From IMG/VR virus record IMGVR_UViG_3300030012_003218, positions 1 through 64,000 of that record: DNA of 64,000 nucleotides; one strand, given 5' to 3'. The notes below the pieces were generated by a model. It ran no database searches and was not told the origin of the DNA. It worked only from the letters and a program-made list of their open reading frames with translations. This document shows, piece by piece, positions 50,780 to 61,355 of this stretch; position 1 is the stretch's first letter; each line of letters opens with the position of its first letter. The position numbers were made by a program, and so were the translations under genes. This DNA is from an uncultured virus (IMG/VR IMGVR_UViG_3300030012_003218). Lineage: Duplodnaviria > Heunggongvirae > Uroviricota > Caudoviricetes.

Positions 50780-51804
50780 TTAGTTCTTCTTCTTTAATTG
50801 GGTTATCATCTCAGTGACGAATTCACCCGCGTATACTTTACTACCAATATTCCAAGTAGTGTTAAAGTTCATGGTGACATCACTATCACCTACTTTCCAA
50901 TCGTACACGGTGAATATCTCACCATCGTTTCTTTCGAATACCCATTCTTTATTAATCTTCCCATCACCATTAGTTTCGGGAAATGTTGGGTCACCAAACG
51001 CTTGAACTAATTGTTTATACGTCCAACCATTTAATCTATCCTTCAGGGATGTCCCACCTATCTTTTCGAGGGCGCGTTTGTTATTCAGTTTTTTATATTT
51101 CATATGTGTAATTTAAAAAAATTTCGTGTGTGTTTAGAAACTTGCGTTTCTTACTGCTTATTTGCTTACTGCTCGTCATCGGTCATTCTTCCACCATGTC
51201 TTGAAAAACTCGGACCAAAACACATAACCCGTTACGGGCCAGAGAATCAATCCAATTATTACTTGTTCGGTTGTGGGGTGAAACCTTTCCGTCAACCCAC
51301 CCTTCCTATCTACATAGTCAAGGAGTAACATAATGATTAGATTGTTTATACAACCTAACATAATGTATAATGATATATATTGAAATATTGTCATAGTTTG
51401 TTCTTATACTCTGAGTGTGTCATGAACTCTACTCTTTCTTTGTCCCACATATCGGGTGGACAATCCTGAGAGTTAACGAACCACTCTTTAATTATTTCAC
51501 TTAATTCTTTTTCTTCTAACCTATGGAACTTAGTCTCATTACTGTATACCTTAGGATAGTCTAAGTAATATGACCGTAGATTATCGTCTGATACTTTGAA
51601 GGGTCGTTCTTCTACTTGTTCCCCCCTGATGAATTGGATGACTCCGTAGAAATAATTCATGTCCGCAAAATTCGTGTCCGTTATTTCCATGGTACGATTG
51701 TCATTCCGATTTGATTCAATAAGTTCTCTACTATACAAAAGACTAACATCCCTACCGCGATTTGCCACATCCACCATCTCCATCCCGTTAATGATAGTGA
51801 CCAC
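50780..51804 (-). CDS. three hypothetical genes (50780-51103, 51176-51394 membrane protein, 51391-51804)
   Basis: Co-oriented ORFs. Confidence 0.5.
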
Positions 51805-51856
51805 TTACGAAGTGGTGATTCCATTGCCCATGTATATAATTTTTCTTTTATCTTTT

Positions 51857-52429
51857 TCATTTTAAAAATCCCATTACATCATAGTAGAACTCTTCAACAT
51901 GATATCCGTGTGAATGTAAGTAGTTAACTATTTCTCTTAACTTACCACTATGTTTATGTTCTACCTTAATTATTTTTGGTTTAATCTTATTCATGTCGAT
52001 ACTTTGTAGTATCTCCCAATCGTGTCCTTCCGTATCTATCTTTAAATAGTCTACCCATTGGATATTATATTTTTCTACTAACGTATCCCACGTTACCGTT
52101 TCAACTTTTATCTTTTCAGTATGAACAGGTACACCTCTATCATTTAACATCTCTTCCCCTGCCATACTACCATGATGAATGTCTCTATGAAACGAAGACA
52201 TCCCTTTGAAGTCTCTACTCTTTTCATGATACTTTTCGGGACACAACCACAAATCACGTTCACCATTCTTTGTGTCCAACGCAGAGTTTACATATACGAT
52301 AGTCGGATGTTTCTCTAAGTTGTCTAAGTATTTCTTAACAGGTTCTACAATGATTCCTTGCCAACCATCGTAGTATAAGTGATTCAATGTATTGAAATCA
52401 CACGAACCTATTTCAATAAACGTTTTCAT
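51857..52429 (-). CDS. FkbM-family methyltransferase
   Basis: FIEIGS, GIIVEP, LKIDTEGHD..IL. Confidence 0.88.
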   Translation of the reverse strand: MKTFIEIGSCDFNTLNHLYYDGWQGIIVEPVKKYLDNLEKHPTIVYVNSALDTKNGERDLWLCPEKYHEKSRDFKGMSSFHRDIHHGSMAGEEMLNDRGVPVHTEKIKVETVTWDTLVEKYNIQWVDYLKIDTEGHDWEILQSIDMNKIKPKIIKVEHKHSGKLREIVNYLHSHGYHVEEFYYDVMGFLK

Positions 52430-52578
52430 ATTACCAAAATTTCCACCAAGGTTTTCTAAACGGTTTTAGTTCTATCTCATCGATTAACCATTTCAATCTC
52501 TCTGCTGCCATCAAGGGACAATCTGATTCACATAACTCTGCAATCTGTTTGAGATTCTTTACTATGTACTCTTGTTCC

Positions 52579-53049
52579 TTATACTGCACTATTTAACGCT
52601 TTTTCGATTAACCAACTTGAGGATTGTACTTTGTCACCTAATCCCCATACCATATCTACTCCCATAGAATTACAATAGTCTTCCTCGGGAATATTTCCTT
52701 TACCTCTATCACCACCGTTACCAAACGCCATAGATAGTGGTTCATCATACTCTCTACGGAATGTGTTAACCGCAGAATAGATTCCATCACAAACTGTTTT
52801 ATCAGTTGCACTTCTTGGGTTACATACAAATGTTTTTGTTACACCCTTGACACGGGACATGATATATTCCCTTTCTCTTTCTTTCATAAAGGGTTTACCT
52901 TTCTTTTGTTTTAACCAAAAATCATTATTAAGGATTACCCAAACTTCTTCTGCCATCTCTTCTGCTTTTTCAATCATTTGAAGATGACCTTTGTGGACAG
53001 GGTCGAACCCACCACTGACTAACATAACTTTATACTTTTTGTCTTTCAT
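52579..53049 (-). CDS. cytidylyltransferase-family protein
   Basis: VSGGFDPVHKGH, KKGKPFM...ER, NGGDR, KVQSSS. Confidence 0.88.
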   Translation of the reverse strand: MKDKKYKVMLVSGGFDPVHKGHLQMIEKAEEMAEEVWVILNNDFWLKQKKGKPFMKEREREYIMSRVKGVTKTFVCNPRSATDKTVCDGIYSAVNTFRREYDEPLSMAFGNGGDRGKGNIPEEDYCNSMGVDMVWGLGDKVQSSSWLIEKALNSAV

Positions 53050-53436
53050 TTTTTTTAACTCTTTTCTTTCTTCGGTCTTTGACTTCTAACTTTCTATAAT
53101 ACTCTTGTATCTCAGGGTCTCTCTTAAACTCTTCTCTTTGTTGTTTATGTCCCCTGTATATCATAGTCAATAATCCCCACATATAAAGTGAGAAGATTAT
53201 GAATCCTATGATGAACATTCCTAATGGTGCTGGTGAACTCATTTCTTATTTTTAAATAAATCGTTTCTCCTTTGTCTTATAGCGATTGAGAACGCTAAGA
53301 TAGATGGTACCCATATACCAACAAAAATTCCTTCTAACTTCTGACCACTAAACCATAGTGATACTGAATAAAGGAATGATATAAATGCTAAAATGATTGG
53401 GTAATATGTGTCCCAAAATAATTTAATTGTTTTCAT
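53030..53436 (-). CDS. two small membrane proteins (53030-53242, 53239-53436)
   Basis: Hydrophobic helices; overlapping stop and start codons. Confidence 0.55.
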
Positions 53437-53989
53437 AGTTCATTATATTTTGTAATTAATACTTCATAACTTTTTTGATATCTATCCAACTGACTCATCT
53501 TTGGATAGTCTATCTCATACTGTTTTACTAACTTAAACATCTCGTCTCTAAATCCATACGCATGTGCTTCGTATAAGATTTCTTCAATATGTTCTTCATT
53601 CGATATACTCATACTTCAAAGTATTTAAAAATTAAATAACCTAACAGGGTGATTCCAAGTAGTACTACAGATGCTTTTATTCCGAAGTAACTATTGTTGT
53701 ATTGTTGTTTACTACGACCCTGTCTATATTTCATATCTTCTTCTGTCATTGGTGCTCTATGTATCATGATTAATAATCGTAATTAGGTTCTTCTTGTACA
53801 GGTCTTCCCTTTAAGTACAACTTTAAAATTTTATTCTCGTTCTTTCTTCTAATCTTATAGTCACTATAAGATTCACCTTCTAATCTTTTGTTTCCCTTTA
53901 GGTATTGAGAAACACCATCTGTAAAATCAAGAGTATAGTTTACATCCATCTCTTTATTTTCTTGTGGTAACATTTTATCTAAATCCATA

Positions 53990-54787
53990 TTAGTTACTTA
54001 ATTTTGCTTTTAGTGTTTTGTGTGATTGATAATTATTTAGTTTGAATTCAAACTCACCGTTGAGGATATCTGAACTTGTGATATCCATAGTAGGTAATTC
54101 ATATCCAACTCGTTTTACTATTTCTTTTGCTTGTGGTAAGTGGTTCTTGTATAGATGTACATCACCGAAGTTTCCAATCAGATTACCAGGCTCATATCCT
54201 GTTTCTTTACATAGTACCATCAATAACATACCATAAGAAGAAATGTTAAAAGGTAACCCAAGGAAGGCATCAACACTTCTTTGGTTCCATAAGAGAGATA
54301 ACTTGTTGTCGTTACTAACGTAACATTGGAATCCATAATGACAAGGTGGTAGTGTCATAAGATGTAGGTCCTCTACATTCCAAGCATTGACAAGATGTCG
54401 CCTTCCGTGTGGGTTTTCTTTTAACGTATATAATAACTCTGTCAGTTGGTCTATACCGTTCCAATCTCTCCATTGTTTTCCATAGATTGGTCCAAGTTCT
54501 CCATCGGTCCTTCCACTCTTCTTGTAGTCACCATCCCATATATGACAGTTGTTATCCCACAAGTATTGGATATCGGTACGACCTTTCAGAAACCATTTGA
54601 GTTCTGTAGCAACAGTTTTCAAAGGCATCTTCTTAGTGGTAAGTACAGGGAACCCATCACACATACAATGTCTGAAGGAACCACCAAAAAACGATAACGT
54701 TCCTGTACCTGTTCGGTCCTGACGTTCTTCACCGAACTCTAAAATGTTGTGAATGATATCTTGGTATTGACTATCTACTCTATTCAT
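53990..54787 (-). CDS. thyA: thymidylate synthase
   Basis: DRTGTGT, ELKWF, LGPIYGKQWR, MTLPPCH, QRSVDAFLGLPFN, HLYKNH. Confidence 0.97.
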   Translation of the reverse strand: MNRVDSQYQDIIHNILEFGEERQDRTGTGTLSFFGGSFRHCMCDGFPVLTTKKMPLKTVATELKWFLKGRTDIQYLWDNNCHIWDGDYKKSGRTDGELGPIYGKQWRDWNGIDQLTELLYTLKENPHGRRHLVNAWNVEDLHLMTLPPCHYGFQCYVSNDNKLSLLWNQRSVDAFLGLPFNISSYGMLLMVLCKETGYEPGNLIGNFGDVHLYKNHLPQAKEIVKRVGYELPTMDITSSDILNGEFEFKLNNYQSHKTLKAKLSN

Positions 54788-55128
54788 TTTACTCCACCTG
54801 ATTCTATTGTGTTAATCATATCTTCAATCATTCCGTGCCATTTACCGTATGTATCTCGTGATTCTTCATCGGTGTTTTGTTCACACCTACGTTTAAAATC
54901 AAGTTTAACAGCAGTCAATAAATGTATTAGCACGTCTTTCATATTTAATTGTTTAGACATAATATACGAAATTTTTAGATTAAATCCAAATTATTTCTTA
55001 TCTTTTTTTGATTTCTTTTTAGGGATAACATTACCATGTTGGTCTACTTCAGGTGCGATATGCATTTCATATACAATCCATAACCAAATAACTGCTAATG
55101 TTCCTATAACTACTTTTACCATAATCTA

Positions 55129-55995
55129 TTATTTCATAAAATCAGGACAGAACGTTGTCGCAACATCTGTACATTTCTCACTTACAATGGTATCACCTGC
55201 TTCAAGTTGAGAATGATTCTCAGTTTCGTTCTTAATAAACTGAACCATTCCTGGCGTCAAGTCATATAAGAACTTAGTAAACTTACCGTTGTCACTTCCC
55301 ATCTTCTTAGCGGTACCACCTAACTGTATTGTGTACGCTCTTAACCAATTGTTATTAGTATTAAGTCTGTCACCTGTCAAACCCTTCAAGGTGTTTAGGT
55401 GTCCCAAGATTGTATTGGCGATTAATAACTCTGAATGATTAAACTTCATAGTACCTTGTTTCAAGGGATGGTCTAAAGTTATACTTCGTGAGTTAAGATA
55501 TGCTGCTACTACAACTCCTGATGTGAAACCTAATACCTTGTACTCTTTAAACGCATTAAGTAGTGTGGTGTATGCTCCACCGATTGTTTTAGCGAAACTT
55601 TCAACGAAGTCTTCTGTATGCCACTTCTTCTGCCACTGATTAAGTAAGATGATATAGAACTGAGTTTCTGATACTGATTCGGGGTTTACCCAATCAAGTA
55701 TGTATACAGGAACTTCTTGGTCAGAACTCATCAGAGGGTCACACCCTTTCCATAGGTGATGTGCGTCTGCTAACTTGTATTTACCATCTTTGTTTTTTGG
55801 AAATACAATGAATGGTCTAATCAAACCACTCCTTCCTACTGACGTACCTAAGTTGTCTGCGTGGTCTTGTACTAATTCTCGGTTGGGGTCAGACCAATCC
55901 ATGTCCCCATACTTAATGGTATCTACTGTACCAATCAGTATACCTTTTTTCATTCTACGTTTTATAGTCCGTATCAGACTTTTTGGTTGTTTCAT
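55129..55995 (-). CDS. ParB/Srx-like N-terminal domain protein
   Basis: PNR...L..SV...GLIRPFIV...YKLADAHH, a degenerate form of the DGxHR motif. Confidence 0.55.
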   Translation of the reverse strand: MKQPKSLIRTIKRRMKKGILIGTVDTIKYGDMDWSDPNRELVQDHADNLGTSVGRSGLIRPFIVFPKNKDGKYKLADAHHLWKGCDPLMSSDQEVPVYILDWVNPESVSETQFYIILLNQWQKKWHTEDFVESFAKTIGGAYTTLLNAFKEYKVLGFTSGVVVAAYLNSRSITLDHPLKQGTMKFNHSELLIANTILGHLNTLKGLTGDRLNTNNNWLRAYTIQLGGTAKKMGSDNGKFTKFLYDLTPGMVQFIKNETENHSQLEAGDTIVSEKCTDVATTFCPDFMK

Positions 55996-56005
55996 AATTT
56001 TTAAT

Positions 56006-56473
56006 TTAGATTACTTTTTCTGCTTTTAATTCATTTATTAATTTATCTTTGTTAGTACCCCAATGTCCGTGGATACTCTTACCACCTGTTGACTTTTCTT
56101 TTAGGTAAGGTATAACTGTTTTAGTAGGTACTCTGTAAATCTCTTTGATTTGAACACCATCCCTAATACAAAAGTACATATCTTCAGTTTGACTATATTG
56201 GTTAATCTTGTTCTCTGATAACCAATGAAACTGAAATGTACCTTTACCTTTACTCCTCAAGTTTATTGCTTTATACTCGACAGGTTTCTTTTTGACAGGG
56301 TCGTATGCGTCACCACCCTGTGTGTTGTTACCGTACTCATGACCCAATTCATTTGCAATCATAAGTTCGACAAATCGTTCATTGTAGAAAATGTTTTCAA
56401 GTCCCAACTCATCTTGTGCGAGGTCTTGAGCCTGTTTCAACAGACTTTTAATCTTTGTAACTGTTTTATTCAT
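56006..56473 (-). CDS. PvuII-like PD-(D/E)xK endonuclease
   Basis: Collinear with R.PvuII as I recall it: QDLA..LG..NIF, GGDAYD...VEYKAIN, FCI..G..I.EIYR; similar length (155 aa). Confidence 0.7.
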   Translation of the reverse strand: MNKTVTKIKSLLKQAQDLAQDELGLENIFYNERFVELMIANELGHEYGNNTQGGDAYDPVKKKPVEYKAINLRSKGKGTFQFHWLSENKINQYSQTEDMYFCIRDGVQIKEIYRVPTKTVIPYLKEKSTGGKSIHGHWGTNKDKLINELKAEKVI

Positions 56474-56485
56474 ATCGTTTATCTG

Positions 56486-57270
56486 TTACCCGTCAATCCT
56501 ATGTTGTTTGAAACCGATAACAGGTTTGTATCCCGTTAACTCATCTTGATGTTTTTGAATCAGTTGTTTCACCATTACGAGTTTCGAAACATCTTGTTCC
56601 TCTTTTACCCATTCGGCAAAGAGTTTGGTCAATACATAATTTTTAATTGTCTTAATCATAATTTTTAATTTTAATAAAAGAATCGATTCCAAGTTATCCA
56701 ACTTGGTTCACTAACTTTCTTACCATCACGAACAACGATACATTTGTTGCCGTCTTTACTTACCCATAGGAGTTTGTTGTTCCCATAATAGTCTTTACCT
56801 ATATGGTTACGAAGTTCACCTATCTTATTGGTCCCATCTATTGGGTCACTAATACTTAAGTTTATCATACTACTGTTAATATTTGTTCATTACTAATTGC
56901 TACATTTGATGGTTCACCACCAAGTCCCATATCCGATTGTACTATTGTCAGATACATATCATATATGTTACCATCGTCATCTACAGATGGGAATGGTTTG
57001 TTTAACTGTGAGATAACACCATCATTGATTCTACCCCACTTATCTTCGAACATTACTTTTTGTCCTATACTAAATTGTCTCATATTAAAACTGAATTAAA
57101 TCGATTACCATTTCACCTGTAGGATTACCGTTAGCAGTAATCTCATAGTTTGGGTCCATCCCGTTGTCAACTACATAGTCAACTAATTCGTTTATTGATT
57201 TGAACTCATTTACGAAATAAGAACAATCGAGGGAGTACTTTGTATACATCATATAATTTTTATTTATCAT
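56486..57270 (-). CDS. run of four small hypothetical genes
   Basis: Co-oriented ORFs behind the promoter at about 57294-57349. Confidence 0.5.
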
Positions 57271-57372
57271 TACTATTAATCATTATTACATAGTAAAGAT
57301 AGTGAAAGTAAATGACTTTTCCAAATGTTTAATGTTAAATTTATGTTAAATTTATCAACAAGTTATTAACAA

Positions 57373-58296
57373 TTAGTTTCCACCTCTTCTACCTGATGAG
57401 GAACTTGAACTACCGCCTGACGAACTTCCTCTACTACTACCACCTACGTTACCACCCCTGTTGATGTTTACAGGTGGGTTACTGTTAAAGTTATTAACAG
57501 GTGGTCTTCCGTTGTTGAAGTTGTTGTTTGGTACTCTTGGTTTGATATTCCAATTGTTATTGTTGTCATTTNNNNNNNNNNNNNNNNNNNNNGTTGGTTT
57601 GATTGGGACAACAACATTATTATTACTATTTACGTTGTTAGGTCTGTATATAGTATTGTTAGGTATATTATTATCTCGACTCCATCTGATAACCTCGTTA
57701 ATAGCATTGTTATCAGGGTCAGGGTATACTCTGTTATTTCTTCTTCGGTTAGTATCTTGTTCTATATTAGAGTTACCGATAAGAAAATCATTATACCTAC
57801 TTCCCCTTCTACCACTAACATATGCGATATCAGGTTCGTTGTACCAACTGTAGTCATAGTGATTCCACATATTCCATCCATAAGGATAATCATAATGGAT
57901 TCCCCAATACCTGTTAGACTTTACCCACCATGGGTGGTCCCATCCAAACCAAGGATAGTTAAAAGCCCAATCATACCAAAACTGATGACTATGAAACCAT
58001 ACATCAAATCTGTTGTAAGGTCTCCATATACCATCGAGTCTTGGATTGTTGAAATACCACGAATAGGGTCTTGTCATCGCGTACTGAGCGAAGTCCCATC
58101 TGAAAGAGAAGTCTGTTCGGAGTTTTCTCTTGAGTTGGAACATATTGTTGATAGTATCTATCTTAACTGAACTGTCTACCTCTATATACCTGTCATACAT
58201 AGGGTCATGATTTGTAGTACTCACATACCACTGACTACCACACCCTGAAAAAAGCAGGGAAATAAACACAAATACACTAAAATAAAAATACCTCAT
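57373..58296 (-). CDS. lipoprotein with a W/Y-rich core and an N/R/G/S low-complexity tail
   Basis: Signal peptide with lipobox FSG-C; contains a 21-N assembly gap. Confidence 0.7.
   Translation of the reverse strand: MRYFYFSVFVFISLLFSGCGSQWYVSTTNHDPMYDRYIEVDSSVKIDTINNMFQLKRKLRTDFSFRWDFAQYAMTRPYSWYFNNPRLDGIWRPYNRFDVWFHSHQFWYDWAFNYPWFGWDHPWWVKSNRYWGIHYDYPYGWNMWNHYDYSWYNEPDIAYVSGRRGSRYNDFLIGNSNIEQDTNRRRNNRVYPDPDNNAINEVIRWSRDNNIPNNTIYRPNNVNSNNNVVVPIKPXXXXXXXXNDNNNNWNIKPRVPNNNFNNGRPPVNNFNSNPPVNINRGGNVGGSSRGSSSGGSSSSSSGRRGGN
57572..57592. other. assembly gap (21 N)
   Basis: Run of N within an Asn-codon-rich tract. Confidence 0.99.
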
Positions 58297-58331
58297 AATA
58301 AACCTTTCTATATATAAGTATAAGAATAATA

Positions 58332-58514
58332 CTACATAGATACAGTAAGAGTACTATTATCCTGAGAATAATCCTTATGTTTAGAACCAAATCTCCATTG
58401 ACAGTACTGAAGAGCTTCTACTAACTCATCCCTGTTAACCTTCTCACCACTATGTTTCACAAACTTTACTTTCTTGGATTTAGGTGTCCAAGTCACTCCG
58501 ATACCTTTCAGCAT
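58332..58514 (-). CDS. hypothetical protein
   Basis: Likely start MLKGIGV, after an AT-rich leader. Confidence 0.45.
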   Translation of the reverse strand: MLKGIGVTWTPKSKKVKFVKHSGEKVNRDELVEALQYCQWRFGSKHKDYSQDNSTLTVSM

Positions 58515-59033
58515 ATAATTAAATTTAATAGTTAAACAATATCCATCCCCATAATGAGGTAAATGGATTTCAGCGCCCTTCTGTAAATCAGACCTTAGAG
58601 GGGACTTTCCCCAAGACCATTTTGCCGACCTCGACAGCAAGACGGGTTACAGGCGGTTGGTGCGACTGCTGCGCTTTGGTTTCCGTGAAAATACCCCCAC
58701 CCCCTGCGCGAGTGTCTTTCATCGCCTATAACGACTTACGGGGATTCAGGGTTGTTTCACTCTGTACCTATACCTACCTATATACCTGTGTATTCTCTCT
58801 ATATACCTACGTGCGTATAGTACTTACTGTTTTGACCTATTTTATTTTTACTTCACTTTGCGATTTAAGACGGGGTTTTACTTCCTCAGAGCGGTATTAC
58901 CCCCCTTATATCTCTCTCTTTACATAGTAAAGATAAGGAATTCTGCGTTAATATCCAAATAGCCAATGTTAAATAATTGTTAAATTTTACCCATATATGT
59001 CCACCTCAGCCAAAAAACATGCGCCATACATAC

Positions 59034-59066
59034 CAAATATACAACTTTTTTTTGACATTTCCAAAT
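59034..59066 (-). promoter_or_regulatory. Bacteroidota sigmaA-type promoter (-33 TTTG, -7 TAnnTTTG)
   Basis: TTTG-N20-TATATTTG. Variants with TATATT(A/T)(G/A) lie near 1460, 14013, 33054, 35360, 39627, 47652, 49088 and 54960. Confidence 0.75.
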
Positions 59067-59736
59067 AAAAAAGGGGTTATTTATCAACAAAGTTATCAAC
59101 ATGACACCCTGTCACTACTCAGATACCACTCATTTTCGGGGTATGTGTTACAAATTACCTCTACAGGCCCCACTGCGCCCCTCTGTTGTTACGTTTGTAA
59201 CACCTCTACACCCGTGTTACAAGGGTACGCAATGTGTCAAAATGTCCTAAAAAAAAGTTATCAACAAGTTATTAACAAAGTTTTTAACAATGCGCTCAGG
59301 GTTTCGCTATAGCAAAAAAATAAAAAAGGCGCAGACACGGACAACACCCACCTTATATTACTGTTAAATACGTTAGCTATACCTTTTCGTGAGTTGTGTT
59401 TGTGTTTATTGTGGTAAAAGTGTATTGGCTGATAGTTTTTTACCCTAAACCTCGGATAGGTAGGGAAGCCTAATTAAATATTTCTCTCTTTGATTAAGGA
59501 ATAAATGGGTGAGAGTTTACCATAAAGTGGTAAAAAGTGGGATAAAAGGGGGTTTTTTGAGGGTTTTTTAACGGTCCAAATACTTGAACCAACGATTCAT
59601 GATGAAAATGAATACGCAGAACATTAAGATTACTTTGATTAGTACCATATAAGGATAAGTAGGTCTTGGGAAACCTTGGCGAGTGAATTAAGGTAGATTT
59701 ATTTTGTCTTACCTATGAGGGTTGTTCAGGGTTGTT

Positions 59737-59967
59737 CTACCCTATGATAACTGTTCTACCCATATTGTACTCTGTAACAACGTACTTAAAATCGTGTTCG
59801 TCTAAGAAGTCGTGTACTATCTCTCTCATACGTTCAGAGTTCCCTGTAATAATCTCTGTTCTTAGGTAGTCTTTTTTACCGTTCAGGAGTCTTTTCTCAA
59901 GAAGTTTTTCTACGTTACCGTGTCTTATACCGTGTAGGTCTACAGTTATCTTGCTCATTTGTTCCAC
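59737..59967 (-). CDS. Smr-domain protein
   Basis: VDLHG, EIITG, N.G.TVI. Confidence 0.75.
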   Translation of the reverse strand: MEQMSKITVDLHGIRHGNVEKLLEKRLLNGKKDYLRTEIITGNSERMREIVHDFLDEHDFKYVVTEYNMGRTVIIG

Positions 59968-60800
59968 TCCTCATTAAAGTATACAGGTGGTTCAGTAGAG
60001 TTTTGTGTCCAATACTGTCCTTCTGAACCAATGAATACGAGTTCTCTTTCCTTCTTGTAAGACGTATAATCCACGTTAGGGAAAGGAATTTTCATTTGTC
60101 CTTCCTCTACGTCATATAGTAGAGTTTCTTCGGTTTCTCTTAGTGGACTGTATTTACTCTGATTCCCAACCCAATTCACCGTGTTTATACCCAATGATTG
60201 GAATTGAAGTCTTAAACCTTCATATACGGGATTTGTTTTGGATACCCATATCGTCTTCTCATTAGTTGTGATTTTAAAATCACCATCTATGATTTCTATT
60301 GATTTTATTTCCATGTTGAATCGATTTTATATTTCTTTATATATGTGTTGAAGAGATTTTCACCACCCATACCCATTTGAAGGATATCCGTCCCCTCGGG
60401 GAGATACTTCTTTGAGCGCACATTGTTTATCTTATCAATGTGGTCATCGAATACTTCAATCCTTGGGTTTCTACATCTTTTGGGTTTGTGTACTATAATG
60501 GTCTTCATAACTATTTAATTTTAAATGTGGTGCGCGTATAGAAACAATTTTGGGTTTATCTCAAAATTTTTCTTAGACACACGAAATCGTCCCTTCCCGC
60601 GGGTCGATGTATCATTGGTCGGTTCGTGAGGTTAACTCATCGGTTATATCTTTCATATCCTCTTCCGTAAATTGTATATACGGTCTTTCACAATTGAACG
60701 ATAACCAATTACCATCTAACACGGATTCCGCGATTGAACTTGTAACTTCTGATAACTTTGTTTTGTTTCCTACTGTTTTTTTGATGAACTTCTTAATCAC
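59955..60800 (-). CDS. three hypothetical genes (59955-60314, 60305-60508, 60612-60800)
   Basis: Co-oriented ORFs. Confidence 0.45.
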
Positions 60801-60803
60801 CTT

Positions 60804-61214
60804 TTACTCCTGCTCTTTTTTGGTTAAAAATAAATCGTAACTACCCTTTATTATATATAGTGTTTTTTTACTTAATGGAGTGAACTGATATTTGTTTATA
60901 TCATTTAACGTAATCCATTTCACACTCTGATGTACATTGAGTTTAGGTTTACCACTTTTATATTTGATTATATATGGATAAAACTCTATTCCGTCTTCTT
61001 CTCTTTCGGGTATTGAATAATATACATTTATGTCTATATCCAACTCCTCTTTCCATTCACGAATTATCGCGTCATACGGAGTTTCACCTTCCTCAATCTT
61101 ACCACCTGGCAGTTCCCACAAATCAGGACAAACTGAATCCGTGGATAATCTTTTACCAATTAGAACAGTATCTTCGTCAACTAATGCCCCAACTACTATC
61201 TTCATCTTGTTCAT
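60804..61214 (-). CDS. NUDIX hydrolase (MutT-like)
   Basis: Nudix box WELPGGKIEEGETPYDAIIREWKEELDI. Confidence 0.92.
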   Translation of the reverse strand: MNKMKIVVGALVDEDTVLIGKRLSTDSVCPDLWELPGGKIEEGETPYDAIIREWKEELDIDINVYYSIPEREEDGIEFYPYIIKYKSGKPKLNVHQSVKWITLNDINKYQFTPLSKKTLYIIKGSYDLFLTKKEQE

Positions 61215-61355
61215 CGTCCTCTATTATTCCGAGGTGTTTATAGTCAACGGGAATATCGTACTTCTCTGACATTTGACAAATCATTTCTGTTGCCTTTATC
61301 ATCTTATTTGGATTAGTATTCCAAAGTACTCTCGTTACAAAACTTTCGTCAAACA

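Noticed and set aside
53990..54787. Intron or intein in thyA
   Set aside because: The ORF is continuous and of normal length
58622..59312. Plus-strand ORFs 58622-58927 and 58977-59312, and the N-terminal extension of 58332-58640
   Set aside because: Atypical composition, overlap with promoter and repeat motifs, and (for the plus-strand ORFs) orientation opposite to all other genes
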